Positions 1 through 10,459 of a stretch of DNA of 64,000 nucleotides are shown one piece after another. The stretch covers positions 128,001 through 192,000 of the forward strand of contig CAWBMV010000034.1 of assembly GCA_963789955.1 (NCBI GenBank), given 5' to 3'. Numbering within the stretch: the first letter of the stretch is position 1; each line of letters opens with the position of its first letter. Source of the stretch: an uncultured Candidatus Rokubacteria bacterium (GTDB lineage: Bacteria > Methylomirabilota > Methylomirabilia > Rokubacteriales > CSP1-6). The position numbers and the translations under genes were made by a program. The notes beneath the pieces are model-generated. The model saw only the letters and a program-made list of their open reading frames with translations, was not told the DNA's origin and ran no database searches.

Positions 1-510
1 GAGGAGCGGAGCGAGTCCTTCGGTCGGCTCGTCCACGAGCATGACGGCCGGGCGGCTCACCAATCCCCGCGCGATCGCGAGCATCTGCTGCTCGCCGCCC
101 GACAGGAACCGGCCGCGGTGCGCGATGCGCTCGCGCAGCCGCGGGAAATAGCCGAAGACCTCCTCGAGGACGTCCGCGCCGTTCGGCGCCGTGCCGCCGA
201 GCATGCCGAGCCTGAGGTTCTCCAGCACGGTGAGGTTCGGCAGCACGCGGCGCTCCTCGGGAATCCACGCGATACCTCGCCGCGCGATCTCGTGGGTCTT
301 GAGCGCGGTGATGTCCTCACCGCGCAACCGCACGTGGCCTTGCCTCGCCCTCACGATGCCCATGATCGATCGCAACGTGGTCGTCTTGCCGGCGCCGTTG
401 CGTCCGATGAGCGTGACGACCTCGCCCTCGCCGACCGTGGCGGACACCCCCTGCAAGATGTGGGCTTCGCCGTAGTAGGTGTGCACACTCTCGAGCGTGA
501 GCAGGCTCAC
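1..510 (-). CDS. livF: Branched-chain amino acid-type ABC transporter ATP-binding subunit (3' end beyond window edge)
   Basis: Manual translation from GTG at 510: [22 protein letters not shown]...GRNGAGKTT (Walker A), SGGEQQMLAIAR, LDEP. GTGA overlap with the upstream stop. Confidence 0.9.
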   Translation of the reverse strand, partial: MSLLTLESVHTYYGEAHILQGVSATVGEGEVVTLIGRNGAGKTTTLRSIMGIVRARQGHVRLRGEDITALKTHEIARRGIAWIPEERRVLPNLTVLENLRLGMLGGTAPNGADVLEEVFGYFPRLRERIAHRGRFLSGGEQQMLAIARGLVSRPAVMLVDEPTEGLAPLL

Positions 511-1256
511 CGGCGGGCCCCCAGGTAGGTTTGCTGCACCCGCGGGTTGGCGCGGATCTCCTCGGGCGTCCCGTCCGCGAGCACCTGGCCCTGGTGGAGC
601 ACCGTGATCCGGTCCGAGATGCCCATGACGACCTTCATCTTGTGCTCGACCAGCACGACCGTGCGTCCGGCGGCGAGCTCGCGGATCAGGCGCATCGTCG
701 CGTCGGTCTCCTCCGGGCTCATGCCCGCGGTGGGCTCGTCGAGCAGCAGCAAGGTCGGATTGGACGCGAGCGCGATGCCGAGCTCGAGATGGCGCTTCTC
801 CCCGTGAGAGAGGTGCGCCGCGAGCAGGTCGGTCTTGGCGCCGAGACCGACCGATTTCAGGATCGCTTCAGCGCGCTCGCGCACCTCGGTGAGGCGATCG
901 GCGCGCGACCAGAAATTGAAGGACCGCGCGTAGCCCTGCACGGCGACGCGCACGTTCTCGAGCACGCTCAGGTGCGGAAAGATGTTCGTGATCTGGTACG
1001 ACTTGGCGATGCCCAGCCGTGTCGTCGCGTGCTGCGGCATTCCCGTGATGTCCGTGCCCTCGAACCAGATGCGGCCGGAGGTCGGCACGGTCTCGCCGGA
1101 GATCAGGCGGAAGAAGGTGGTCTTGCCGGCGCCGTTGGGTCCGATGATCGAGCGCAGCTCGCCGCGGCGCACGCTCACGTCCACGTCCGACACCGCCAGG
1201 AGGCTGCCATACGCCCGCGTCAGACGCTCGGTGCGCAGCAGGACGGCGTCGGGCAT
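507..1256 (-). CDS. livG: ABC transporter ATP-binding subunit (LivG type)
   Basis: [33 protein letters not shown]-terminal VQQTYLG. Likely start MPDAVLL at 1256. Confidence 0.92.
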   Translation of the reverse strand: MPDAVLLRTERLTRAYGSLLAVSDVDVSVRRGELRSIIGPNGAGKTTFFRLISGETVPTSGRIWFEGTDITGMPQHATTRLGIAKSYQITNIFPHLSVLENVRVAVQGYARSFNFWSRADRLTEVRERAEAILKSVGLGAKTDLLAAHLSHGEKRHLELGIALASNPTLLLLDEPTAGMSPEETDATMRLIRELAAGRTVVLVEHKMKVVMGISDRITVLHQGQVLADGTPEEIRANPRVQQTYLGARR

Positions 1257-1261
1257 AGCGC

Positions 1262-1312
1262 GAGATAGCACGCGGGCTTTCGCCGTGTCAAGGCGTGGAG
1301 CTGTGCTATCGT
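1262..1312. promoter_or_regulatory. Divergent sigma70-type promoter region (livG / MBL hydrolase)
   Basis: Minus strand: TTGACA (1291-1286), 18 nt spacer, then TGC-TATCTC. Plus strand: TG-C-TATCGT (1304-1312). Together they form the inverted repeat GATAGCAC...GTGCTATC. Confidence 0.5.
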
Positions 1313-1323
1313 GCCGCGCGGAC

Positions 1324-2280
1324 ATGCCGAATCACGTGGTGCCCGTGAAGTGGAAGAGCGGGATGATCGAGGTCGGGGCCAAGATCTTCGCCTACGTGCA
1401 GGCCTCGGGGATCGATCCCACCGGCGACACCGGCGTCGCCAACGCGGGGCTGATCGTCGGGCCCTCGGCGGCGGTCGCGGTGGACGCGCTGATGGTGCCG
1501 TCGATGACGAAGCGGCTCGTGACGGCCATCAAGAAGACCACGCGCAAGCCGATCGCCCAGCTCATCAACACACACCACCACCTCGACCACACCGGCGGCA
1601 ATCGCTTCTTCCGCGGCGCGACGATCGTCGCCACCGAGAAGTGCCGCGCGGCGCTCGCCCCGGGGTTTCCGCCGGTGCCGCTGCTGCAGCGCTTCATGCC
1701 GAAGTTTGCCGCGGAGTTCCCGAAGCTCCAGGTGGTCCTGCCGACGGTGACCTTCGAGGACCGCATGATCCTGCACGACGGCGAGCGAGAGATCCAGCTC
1801 TGGCATCCCGGCTTCGCCGCGCACACGGTCGGCGACGCCGTCGCCTACCTGCCGAAAGAACGGATCCTGTTCGCGGGCGACATCGCGTTCCTCTATGTCA
1901 CGCCGCTCGCGTTCCAGGGCCACGTCGGCAACTGGATCAAGGCCGCCGACCGGTTGCTGCGCTTCGACGCCGACGTGATCGTGCCGGGTCACGGGCCCAT
2001 CGGGACCAAGAAGGACCTGAAGCACATGCGCGACTATCTCGCGCTGGTGCGCCGCGAGGCGAAGCAGCGGTTCGACGCCGGCATGCCGGCGGAGGCGGCG
2101 GCCGCCGACATCAAGCTCGGCGTCTACGCGTCGTGGAGCGACGCCGAGCGGATCCTGCCGAACGTGATGCGCTGCTATCAGGAATTTCGCCGCGAGCTGG
2201 ATCAGCCGATGGATCTGCCGCGGATGCTCGCGGGGATGGAGAAGCTGCGCGGGACGGCCTCGAAGCACGCCTGCGTCTAG
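1324..2280 (+). CDS. MBL-fold metallo-hydrolase (cyclase-like)
   Basis: NTHHHLDHTGG (HxHxDH), AHTVGD, LFAGD, VPGHG. Confidence 0.88.
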   Translation: MPNHVVPVKWKSGMIEVGAKIFAYVQASGIDPTGDTGVANAGLIVGPSAAVAVDALMVPSMTKRLVTAIKKTTRKPIAQLINTHHHLDHTGGNRFFRGATIVATEKCRAALAPGFPPVPLLQRFMPKFAAEFPKLQVVLPTVTFEDRMILHDGEREIQLWHPGFAAHTVGDAVAYLPKERILFAGDIAFLYVTPLAFQGHVGNWIKAADRLLRFDADVIVPGHGPIGTKKDLKHMRDYLALVRREAKQRFDAGMPAEAAAADIKLGVYASWSDAERILPNVMRCYQEFRRELDQPMDLPRMLAGMEKLRGTASKHACV

Positions 2281-3296
2281 CGGCGGCCGGACAGCTCCTT
2301 GCGCACCAGCGCGGTCCCGGCGGCCAGCGCCGCGAGCTTCTGGTTACACATGTAGCGCGGCGACCAGCCGAAGCCGCAGTCGGGATTCACCGTCAGCTTC
2401 TCGACCGGGCACACCTGGAGCACGCGCCGGATCCGCGACGCCACCTCGTCGACGGTGTCCTGGTTGAACCCCTTCACGTCGATCACCCCCGCGCCGAGCT
2501 CGCGGCCCTCGCCATAGCGCTTCCAGAGATCGACCTCGCTCAGCTCGCGCCCGGCGAACTCGAGGACGAACTGATCCGCGCGCGCCTTGAGGAGCCCGGG
2601 GAAATACGGCTCGTACGAGCGGCTGAAGCGCGAGCGGCCGAAGCGGTTGCCGAAGCAGATGTGAAACGCGAGCTTCACGTTGATCCCCGCGGTGGCCAGG
2701 TTGAAGAGCCGGGCCATCTCCTCGCCGGAGACGTTGCCGCGCGCGGGCTCGTCGAGCTGGATGAGCTCCGCGCCCGCCGCGACCAGCCCGCGGAGCTCCG
2801 CGTTGATGACCTCGGCGAAGCGCTCCGCGACGTCGACGACGCCCTTGTAGATGGTGCCCGGATGAATCCGCGAGCCGAACGTCAGCGGGCCGGCGCAGGT
2901 CGCCTTGACGTGGTGGACCGTATGCGACCGGAGGTACTCGAACTCCTTGACGATGCCGAGGCCGCCGCTCGGCGTCTCGATGCGGCCGACCGCCTCGTAG
3001 CGCGTCTGCTGGTCGTAGCCCCACGGACCGGCCTTGCGGCGGATGGGCAGCGGCTCGATGCCCTTGATGATCGTGTAGTACGAGTCGACGTAGCCGTCGA
3101 GCCGGCGCACTTCGCCGTCGGTGATGATGTCGATGCCCGCCTTCTCCATGTCGCGGATGGCGGTGTTGGCGGCGTCGTCGAACATCTCGTCCATGTCGCC
3201 CGGGCCGAAGTCGCCCTGCTCGAGCGCCTTGACCGAGGCGAACCACCAGCTCGGTTTTCCGTGGGAGCCGACGACCGCGGTCGGGATCAGGGGCAA
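2277..3296 (-). CDS. Cobalamin-independent methionine synthase II family protein (catalytic domain only)
   Basis: TAVVGS, ITDGEVRR, IQLDEP, HICFGN, VLE, PDCG Zn ligands. The true start may be the ATG at 3303 with an indel. Confidence 0.88.
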   Translation of the reverse strand: MPLIPTAVVGSHGKPSWWFASVKALEQGDFGPGDMDEMFDDAANTAIRDMEKAGIDIITDGEVRRLDGYVDSYYTIIKGIEPLPIRRKAGPWGYDQQTRYEAVGRIETPSGGLGIVKEFEYLRSHTVHHVKATCAGPLTFGSRIHPGTIYKGVVDVAERFAEVINAELRGLVAAGAELIQLDEPARGNVSGEEMARLFNLATAGINVKLAFHICFGNRFGRSRFSRSYEPYFPGLLKARADQFVLEFAGRELSEVDLWKRYGEGRELGAGVIDVKGFNQDTVDEVASRIRRVLQVCPVEKLTVNPDCGFGWSPRYMCNQKLAALAAGTALVRKELSGRR

Positions 3297-3299
3297 GCG

Positions 3300-4010
3300 T
3301 CATCGTGAACGCCCTCCGATTATCCGCGAAACGCCGGCGTCGCGCCAGGCGTCGTCCGGTCGGCCGGCGAAGATGATCTCGCCGCGCTCGATCACGTAGA
3401 GCCGCGTGGTGTGCTCGGGCACATGGTGGATGTTGGACTCGGCGATGAGGAGCGCGCGGCCGAGCCCGGTGATCGTCGCGATGCCGGCGCTGACGGCCGG
3501 GATGATCGCGGGCGAGAGACCCTCGAACGGCTCGTCGAGCAGCAGCATCTCCGGGTCGAGCGCCAGCGCGCGCGCGATCGAGAGCATCTTGCGCTCACCG
3601 CCGCTCATCTCCGGGCCCTTGCGCGCGGCGTAGCGGCGGAGCGCGGGAAACACGTCGTACGCCTGCTCGATGCGCTCGGCCGCCGGCCGGCCGCTCGGCC
3701 GCGTCCAGGTGGCGATCTCGATGTTCTCGGCGACGGTGAGATCCGAGAAGATCCCGGAGTCTTCGGGCGCCCAGCCGAGCCCGAGCATCGCGATCTCGTG
3801 GGTGCGCCGGCCGTGGATGGGCCGGCCGTGGAACTCGACGGTGCCGGTCCTGGGCCTGAGGTACCCCATGATCGTCCGGAGGGTCGTCGTCTTGCCGGCG
3901 CCGTTGCGCCCCACCAGGCAGACCACCTCGCGCGCGCCGACCTCGAGCGAGACGCCGCGCAGGATCTGGCTCGTCTGGATGAAGACGTCGACGCCGGTCA
4001 GACTCAGCAC
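3300..4010 (-). CDS. livF: ABC transporter ATP-binding subunit (LivF type)
   Basis: GRNGAGKTT, MSGGERKMLSIAR, LDEPFEGL. Confidence 0.9.
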   Translation of the reverse strand: MLSLTGVDVFIQTSQILRGVSLEVGAREVVCLVGRNGAGKTTTLRTIMGYLRPRTGTVEFHGRPIHGRRTHEIAMLGLGWAPEDSGIFSDLTVAENIEIATWTRPSGRPAAERIEQAYDVFPALRRYAARKGPEMSGGERKMLSIARALALDPEMLLLDEPFEGLSPAIIPAVSAGIATITGLGRALLIAESNIHHVPEHTTRLYVIERGEIIFAGRPDDAWRDAGVSRIIGGRSR

Positions 4011-4777
4011 GCGGGTGCCCGAGGTGTCACGGCCTTGCGGCCGATGACGGTGTCCATCACGTGCTGGTCGGCCAGGATCGTCGCCGGCGGCCCGTCCGCC
4101 AGCACCGTGCCCTGGTGGAGCGCGATGATGCGGTCCGAATACCCGAAGACGATGTCCATGTCGTGCTCGACCTGGACGATCGCCCGGAGCCCGATCAGCT
4201 TCGACGCCGCCACCAAGGTGTCCATGATCGCGGTCTTGTCCGCCGTACTGACCCCCGACGTGGGCTCGTCGAGCAGGATGATCTCCGGCTTCAGCGCGAA
4301 CGCGGAGGCCACGTCCAGCAGCTTCTTGTCGCCCTGCGGGAGCTGCCGCGCCGGGATGTGCCGCTTGTCGGCGAGCCGGAACAATTCGGCGACCTCGAGC
4401 GCGCCCGCCTGCACCTCACGATCGCGCGCGAGCGACGCGAAGAGCCGAGTCGCGCGTCCGAGTCGCGCGACCACCGCGGCCTGCAAGGTCTCGAGGACCG
4501 TGAGATCGGGGAAGACCTGGACGAGCTGGAACGAGCGGGCCATGCCGAGCCGCGCGAGGCGGACCGGACCGCCGCCGCCGATCTCCCGATCCTTGAACCG
4601 CACCGTGCCGGCGCTCGGCCGCGTGACGCCGGTGAGGATGTTGATCAGGGTCGATTTGCCGGCACCGTTGGGCCCGACGATCGAGACGAACTCGCCGGCG
4701 TCGACGGCGAGGCTCACGCCGTCGAGCGCGCAGAACTCTCCGTACATCTTCCGGAGCCCCTCGGCCTGGAGGATCAC
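4004..4777 (-). CDS. livG: ABC transporter ATP-binding subunit (LivG type)
   Basis: GTG start VILQAEGL, GPNGAGKST, ILLDEPTSG, VEHDM. Confidence 0.9.
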   Translation of the reverse strand: MILQAEGLRKMYGEFCALDGVSLAVDAGEFVSIVGPNGAGKSTLINILTGVTRPSAGTVRFKDREIGGGGPVRLARLGMARSFQLVQVFPDLTVLETLQAAVVARLGRATRLFASLARDREVQAGALEVAELFRLADKRHIPARQLPQGDKKLLDVASAFALKPEIILLDEPTSGVSTADKTAIMDTLVAASKLIGLRAIVQVEHDMDIVFGYSDRIIALHQGTVLADGPPATILADQHVMDTVIGRKAVTPRAPAC

Positions 4778-5730
4778 GCGCGACCCGTCAGCGCCGGGCG
4801 GCGGCGAGTGACGAGGCCCACGAGGCCATCCGGTGCTGCGATCACGATCACGGCGAGCATCGCCCCGAAGATCAGCCGCCAGTAGGGCACGACCGACATC
4901 ACCCAGTTCTGGAGATAGATGAACACGAAGGCCCCGACGACCGGACCGAAGAAGCTGGTGAACCCGCCGAGCAGGGTCATGAACACGATGTTCCCGGAGT
5001 GCGTCCAGTAGGCGAGGGTCGGGTCGACGTTCCCGGTCGGCGGGCCCAGCAGCGCGCCGCCGACGGCGGCGTAGATCGCGGAGATGACGAAGGCGTAGAA
5101 GCGGTGGCGCGTCACGCTGATGCCCAGGGTCTCGGCCTTGACGGGATTGTCCCGGATCGTCTTCAAGCACAGTCCGAACGGCGAGTGGACGATGCGCCAC
5201 ATGACGAGCGCCGCGAGGGCGAGCACGGCCAGCGAGTAGTAGTAGTAGGGGCCGACCAGATAGTCGATCTTCGGCATCGCGTCGAGGCTTCGCCCGAGCA
5301 GGGACGGACGCAAGAACGGCGTGCCCTCGTCGCCGCCGGTCAGCCGATAGAACTTCAGGACGAACGTGTAGAAGAGCATGCCGAAGGCCAGGGTCAGCAT
5401 GCCGAAGTAGATCTTCACGTAGCGCACGCAGAGCGCCGCCACCGGCGCCGCCACCAGCGCGCCGAGCGCCGCGGCGACGAGCAGGATCACCTCGAGCGAG
5501 CGGATCTTGGCGTGGGTCGTCAGGAACGCGCCGGCGTAGGCGCCGAGTCCGATGAAGAGCGCGTGGCCGAACGAGACGAGGCCCGTGTAGCCGAACAGGA
5601 GGTTGAGCCCGAGCAGGACGATCGCGTAGGCCATGAACGGCAGCATGAGGAGCACGTGATAGGTCGAGGCGACAAGCGGCGCCGCGGCGATGGCCGCGAC
5701 TCCGAGCCCGACGGCCAGCGCGGCCTTCAC
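4774..5730 (-). CDS. livM: Branched-chain amino acid ABC permease (LivM type)
   Basis: LNLLFGYTGLVSFGHALF, TGGDEG, SPFG..IRDN, LLGG..FFGP. Multiple hydrophobic helices. Confidence 0.9.
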   Translation of the reverse strand: MKAALAVGLGVAAIAAAPLVASTYHVLLMLPFMAYAIVLLGLNLLFGYTGLVSFGHALFIGLGAYAGAFLTTHAKIRSLEVILLVAAALGALVAAPVAALCVRYVKIYFGMLTLAFGMLFYTFVLKFYRLTGGDEGTPFLRPSLLGRSLDAMPKIDYLVGPYYYYSLAVLALAALVMWRIVHSPFGLCLKTIRDNPVKAETLGISVTRHRFYAFVISAIYAAVGGALLGPPTGNVDPTLAYWTHSGNIVFMTLLGGFTSFFGPVVGAFVFIYLQNWVMSVVPYWRLIFGAMLAVIVIAAPDGLVGLVTRRRPALTGRA

Positions 5731-6639
5731 GCGGCGGCCCCGCCGAAGAGGCCGCGCGGCCGCGCCACCAGCACGGCGATCACGATCAGGTAGATCAGCA
5801 GCATCTCGAGCTCCGGGATACACGGAGATCGCGATCGCGCGCAGGATGCCGACGACGAGCGCGCCGACGAAGGCGCCGCGCATCGAGCCGAGACCGCCGA
5901 TCACGACGACCGCGAACGCCTCGACGATCAGCTCGATGCCCATCTCGCTCATCGCCGCGGTCGACGGGATGACGAGCGCGCCGCCGAGCGTGCCGAGCGC
6001 GGTGCCGAGCGTGAACACCTTGGCGTAGACGCGGCGCATGTCGACGCCGAGCGCCTCGGCCATCTCGCGATTGTCGGCGGTCGCGCGGATGATCCGACCG
6101 AACGCGGTGCGGGTGAGCAGCCAGCCGATGGCGAGCGCGATGGCCAGGCTCGCCGCGATGACGACCAGGTTGTAGACGGGCACGGTCGCGCCGAAGAGGC
6201 GCACCTGACCATAGACGAGATAGAGCCCGGCCGTCGATCGCGGCGCCGTGCCCCAGGTGAGGCGGATCGCGTCCTCCATCATGAGGACGATCGCGAACGT
6301 CATCAGGAGCTGGAACGTCTCGTCGCGATCGTAGACGAAGCGGAGGAGCCCGCGCTCGACCACCACCCCGACCGCGCCGACCGCCAGGCCCGCCAGCGCG
6401 AGCGGCACGATGAACAGTGCGGGCGGGCCCCCGGCGCCCACGTACCAGCCGACGGCCGAGACACCGACGTAGGCGCCGAGCGCGTAGAACGAGCCGCACG
6501 CGAGGTTGAAGATCTTCTGCACGCCGAAGACCACTTGGAGACCGGCGGCGACCAGGAACAGCACCGACGCGTGAAAGAGCCCGCCGAGGAGAACGTTGAC
6601 GGCGTGGGCGACGGCTACACCTTCCAGCCGTTGATCCAC
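5727..6639 (-). CDS. livH: Branched-chain amino acid ABC permease (LivH type), indel near 5815
   Basis: LVAAGLQVVFGVQKIFNLA, TAFGRIIRA, AFAVVVIGGLGS. C-terminus continues in another frame (..RPRGLFG). Start approximate. Confidence 0.85.
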
Positions 6640-7901
6640 TCGAAGAGCTTCGACCCGGCCGGTTTCATCGCCTGCTTCGTGGAGACCATCTCGATGGGAT
6701 CGATCGTCACGAAGTCGTACCCGTTCTTGTGGGTGGTGATCCCTTGATAGAAGTTGCACATCTGGACGTGATCCTCGCGCCAGCTGCGCCGGCCGGAGAG
6801 CGACTCGATCTCGAGGCCCTCGAGCGCGCGGACCACCTGCGCCTTGTCCGGCCACTTCTTGGCGGGTCCGGCGGCCTTCTCGACCGCGACCTTGTAGGAC
6901 TCGGCGTTGAAGAACGCGTGGTCGCACTCGTAGGGCGGGTACTCGTTGTACTTCGCCTTGTACTCGCGGACGAACTGCTTGAGCAGGGGGCTCGCCTTCG
7001 GGTCGTCGAAGTACATGGTGTTGTAGCCGAGCAGGAGCCCTTCCGGCGTGAACTCCTTCTTCAGCGAGTCGTGGACGCCGCCGGCCGTCGTGAACACGCC
7101 CTTCATCGTCTTGAAGAGGCCGACCGCGGCGGCCTGCTTCATGATGATCGTCGCGTCGCCGGACCAGAACGAGCACATCAGCAGATCGGCCTTCGACTGC
7201 TGGATCGCCGCGATGTGCGAGGTGAAGTCGGTCACCCCGAGCTTGGGGAACAGCTCGAGCACGAACTTCACGTCGGGGACGTAGCGCTTGAGCACGGCCT
7301 GATAGGACTCCCAGCAGTCGTGGCCGTAGGAATAGTCGTTGCCGATGCCGGCGACGGTCTTGATGCCCTTGAAGTACTTCGGCGTCAGGATGCCGGCGAC
7401 GATCGCCTCGACCTCGTTGTCCACGCTCTTGAAGGCCCACTTGGGATTCGGCATCGTCTCTTCGACGCCCTTCTGGGTCGTGCCGTCCCAGGAGAGCCAC
7501 GGCGTGCCGAGATCCTCCGCCACCGGACCGAGCGCCAGGGTCACGCCGGTCGAGATGCCGCCCACGACGACGTCGACCTTGTCTTGCAGGACGAGCTTGC
7601 GGTACCGCTCGACCGTATCTTTGGGATTCGATTCTTCCTCGACGACCAGCTGCACGGGCCGCCCGAGGATCCCGCCGGCCTTGTTCACGCGCTCGGCCCA
7701 CCACTCGGTGCCGCGAAGCCCGGCGGCGCCGACCGGCGCCGCGACGCCGGCGCGGATGACGAGGACGCCCACCTTCACCGGACCGGTCGACTGAGCGTGC
7801 GAGGCCCGAACGTCGAGCCGCGTCGCCGCGGCCACGCCGGCGCCCGCGCCCAGGACCTTGATGAACTGCCGTCGTGAGGTCGTGTCGTGAATGCGAGTCA
7901 T
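6615..7901 (-). CDS. ABC substrate-binding protein (LivK/PBP1 family) with Tat-like signal
   Basis: SRRQFIK twin-arginine motif, VNKAGGILGR, DYSYG, TDFTSHI. Confidence 0.88.
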   Translation of the reverse strand: MTRIHDTTSRRQFIKVLGAGAGVAAATRLDVRASHAQSTGPVKVGVLVIRAGVAAPVGAAGLRGTEWWAERVNKAGGILGRPVQLVVEEESNPKDTVERYRKLVLQDKVDVVVGGISTGVTLALGPVAEDLGTPWLSWDGTTQKGVEETMPNPKWAFKSVDNEVEAIVAGILTPKYFKGIKTVAGIGNDYSYGHDCWESYQAVLKRYVPDVKFVLELFPKLGVTDFTSHIAAIQQSKADLLMCSFWSGDATIIMKQAAAVGLFKTMKGVFTTAGGVHDSLKKEFTPEGLLLGYNTMYFDDPKASPLLKQFVREYKAKYNEYPPYECDHAFFNAESYKVAVEKAAGPAKKWPDKAQVVRALEGLEIESLSGRRSWREDHVQMCNFYQGITTHKNGYDFVTIDPIEMVSTKQAMKPAGSKLFEWINGWKV

Positions 7902-7949
7902 CGTGGGGCTCCTGGTGTCGGGGTCGCGGCGACGAGAGTCGGCGCCCGC

Positions 7950-8987
7950 CTAGATCAGTCCCAGCCGTTTACGCGCGAGCCGCGCGCCGGCGGCGAGGCG
8001 CTTGAGCTTCTCGAACGCGACCCAGCGGGGCACCGGAAAGAAGCCGCAGTCGGGCACGGCCGACAGGCGCTCGACCGGAATGAACTTCGCGCAGAGCGTG
8101 AGCCGCTCGGCCACGTCCTCCGGGCTCTCCATGTAGAACGACTTGACGTCGACGACGCCGCACGCGACATCGCGGTCGACGCCGATCTCCTTCCAGTGCT
8201 CGATCTCGGCCATCTCGCGGTTCGCGTACTCGAAGACGAACTGCTGGCAGCGGGTCTCGAGCAGCGCGGGGAACATCCAGCGATAGGAGCGCTTGCCGCG
8301 CGGGCGCGACAGGAGGTTGCCGAAGCAGACGTGGTAGGCGATTCGCGCGCGCACGCCCTCGACGCAGGCGTTGAACATCTTCACGTATTCGCCGATCTGT
8401 CCGGGCACGATCGCCGCCGAGGGCTCGTCGATCTGGATGTAGTCCGCGCCCGCGTCGACCAGGGCGCGCAGCTCGGCGTTGATGGCCGGGACGAAGTCCC
8501 AGCAGAGGGCGAGCCGATCGTTCCCGTACGCGTCGCCGGGCCGGAGCTGAACGTGGATCGAGAGCGTGACCGGCCCGGGGCAGGTGGCCTTCACGGGCCG
8601 GTCGGTCTGGGATTTCAGATACTGGAACTCTTCGACCACGCCGAGCCCGCGCGGCACCGTGATGCGCTGCCGCGGCCGGTAGCGCGGCGCCGAATCGTAG
8701 GCGTAGAGTCCCGTCTTGCGCAGCGGCTCGACCGGCTCCAGGCCGTCCATCTTCGCGTAGAAGGTCTGCACGAAGAAGAAGCGGCGCATCTCGCCGTCGC
8801 AGACGATGTCGATCCCGGCGCGCTCCTGATCGCGGATCGCCAGCTGGGTCGCATCGTCGAAGGTCTCCTTCATGTCCGTCTGGCCGTAGTCGCCGGCCTT
8901 GATCTTGTCGAGCGCGGTCCAGAACCAGCCCGGGAAGCCGTGGCTCCCCATCACGTGGGTCGGAATCGGGGGCAGGGCGGCGGTCAC
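7950..8987 (-). CDS. Second cobalamin-independent methionine synthase II family protein
   Basis: PTHVMGS, VCDGEMRR, IQIDEP, HVCFGN, VFE, PDCG. GTG start at 8987. Confidence 0.88.
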   Translation of the reverse strand: MTAALPPIPTHVMGSHGFPGWFWTALDKIKAGDYGQTDMKETFDDATQLAIRDQERAGIDIVCDGEMRRFFFVQTFYAKMDGLEPVEPLRKTGLYAYDSAPRYRPRQRITVPRGLGVVEEFQYLKSQTDRPVKATCPGPVTLSIHVQLRPGDAYGNDRLALCWDFVPAINAELRALVDAGADYIQIDEPSAAIVPGQIGEYVKMFNACVEGVRARIAYHVCFGNLLSRPRGKRSYRWMFPALLETRCQQFVFEYANREMAEIEHWKEIGVDRDVACGVVDVKSFYMESPEDVAERLTLCAKFIPVERLSAVPDCGFFPVPRWVAFEKLKRLAAGARLARKRLGLI

Positions 8988-9123
8988 GCGCTGTTGTTTA
9001 TCAGAGGGCCCGGCGCTTGGCAATGGCACCGCCTGGCCTTCCGACGGCCCGGATGGTCCGTGACATCCGGAATTTGTTGGAGAAATGCGGCCAGGAACGC
9101 ACGGTATGATAAGAGTAACCGCC

Positions 9124-10459
9124 ATGCAAGTTCGCTTCTGGGGAACCCGAGGATCAATCGCCGCGCCCGGCCCGAGCACCGCGCGCTTCGGAGGGAATAC
9201 CTCCTGCGTCGAGGTACGGGCCTCGGACGGCACCGTGATCATCCTCGATTGCGGGACGGGCGCCCGAGAGCTAGGGCTCCACCTGGTCCAGACGATGCCC
9301 CAGCCGATGCGTCTGCACCTCTTCATCGGCCACACCCACTGGGACCACATCCAGGGCTTTCCCTTCTTCGTGCCGGCGTTCATGCCGGGCTCCGAGCTGA
9401 ACATCTACGCGCCGATCGGCTTCCAGCGCGGGCTCGAGGAGGCCATGGCCGGCCAGATGGAGTACTCCTACTTTCCGGTCAAGATGCGCGACCTGCGCTC
9501 GCGCATCCACTTCACGGAGCTCGATGAGGGATTTTTCCGGGTCGGCGGCGTGCTGGTCGAGACGCAGTTCCTGAATCACACCGCGCCCACGGTCGCCTAC
9601 CGCATGACCGGCGACGGCGCGACCATCGCCTATGCGACCGACCACGAGCCGTTCTGGAACGCGTCGGGGCGCGTCTCACAGCATCCGGGCGACGAGCGGC
9701 ACATCGCCTTCCTGAAGGGCGCGAACCTCGTCATCCACGATGCCCAGTACACCGACGCCGAGTATCGCGACAAGGTCGGCTGGGGCCACAGCAGCCTCGA
9801 GTACGCCGTCGACGTCGCGCTGGCCGCGGGTGTCGAGCGCCTCGTCCTCTTCCATCACGATCCGGCGCACGACGACGCGATGATGGAGCGGATGGAGGAG
9901 ATGGCGCGCGCCCACGTCGGCCGCCGCGGCCAGGCGCTGGACGTGCTCGCCGCTCGGGAAGGCCTCGAGCTCGAGGTGCGCGGCAGCAGCGCCGCGCCCG
10001 ACATGGAGGAAGCCTCCGCGCTGCAACACCGCCAGATCGTCGGCGGTCGCGTGCTGCTGGTCAGCGCGAACGAGCCGGAGGTCGCCGAGATCGAGGAGAT
10101 CCTCGGCGACGACCGGCTGGTGTTCCTGCGCGAGACCGAGGTGCGCACGGCGATCTCGCGCGGCCCCGAGCTCCTCCCGGACATCGCGATCATCGACCGC
10201 GAGCTCCTGGACGGAAACGGCGACACGGTGCTGGACGTGCTGCGGGACCGGCTCGGCCGGCGAAATTTCCCGATCGTCGTCCTCGCCGATAGCTCGATTC
10301 CGTCCGATGCGGTCTACCGCGGCGAAGCCTCGTGGACCGACTACCTGTCGAAGCCCTTCAGCCCGCCCATGCTGCGCACGCGCGTGCGGGCGTGGCTCGC
10401 CAGGACCCTGCTGACCTTCGACCTGGCCGAGCGCCGGGCGCCGCGGCGCCGAGGGCACC
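9124..10459 (+). CDS. MBL-fold hydrolase + receiver domain (N-part of a probable MBL-REC-cNMP-GGDEF fusion; frame lost near 10440)
   Basis: FWGTRGS, GGNTSCV, HTHWDHIQG, TDHE, HDAQY, WGHS, FHHDP, then REC-like DIAIID...DYLSKPFS. Translation degenerates after about 10430. Confidence 0.8.

Noticed and set aside
4774..7704. Apparent 976-aa LivH-LivM fusion ORF
   Set aside because: Created by an indel near 5815. Separate livH stop and livM GTG start are visible at 5727-5730.
9018..9070. TGGCA motifs and CCGGATG-N8-CATCCGG palindrome upstream of the MBL gene
   Set aside because: The -12 element is poor, and a single 7-bp GC-rich palindrome is weak evidence without a known regulator.
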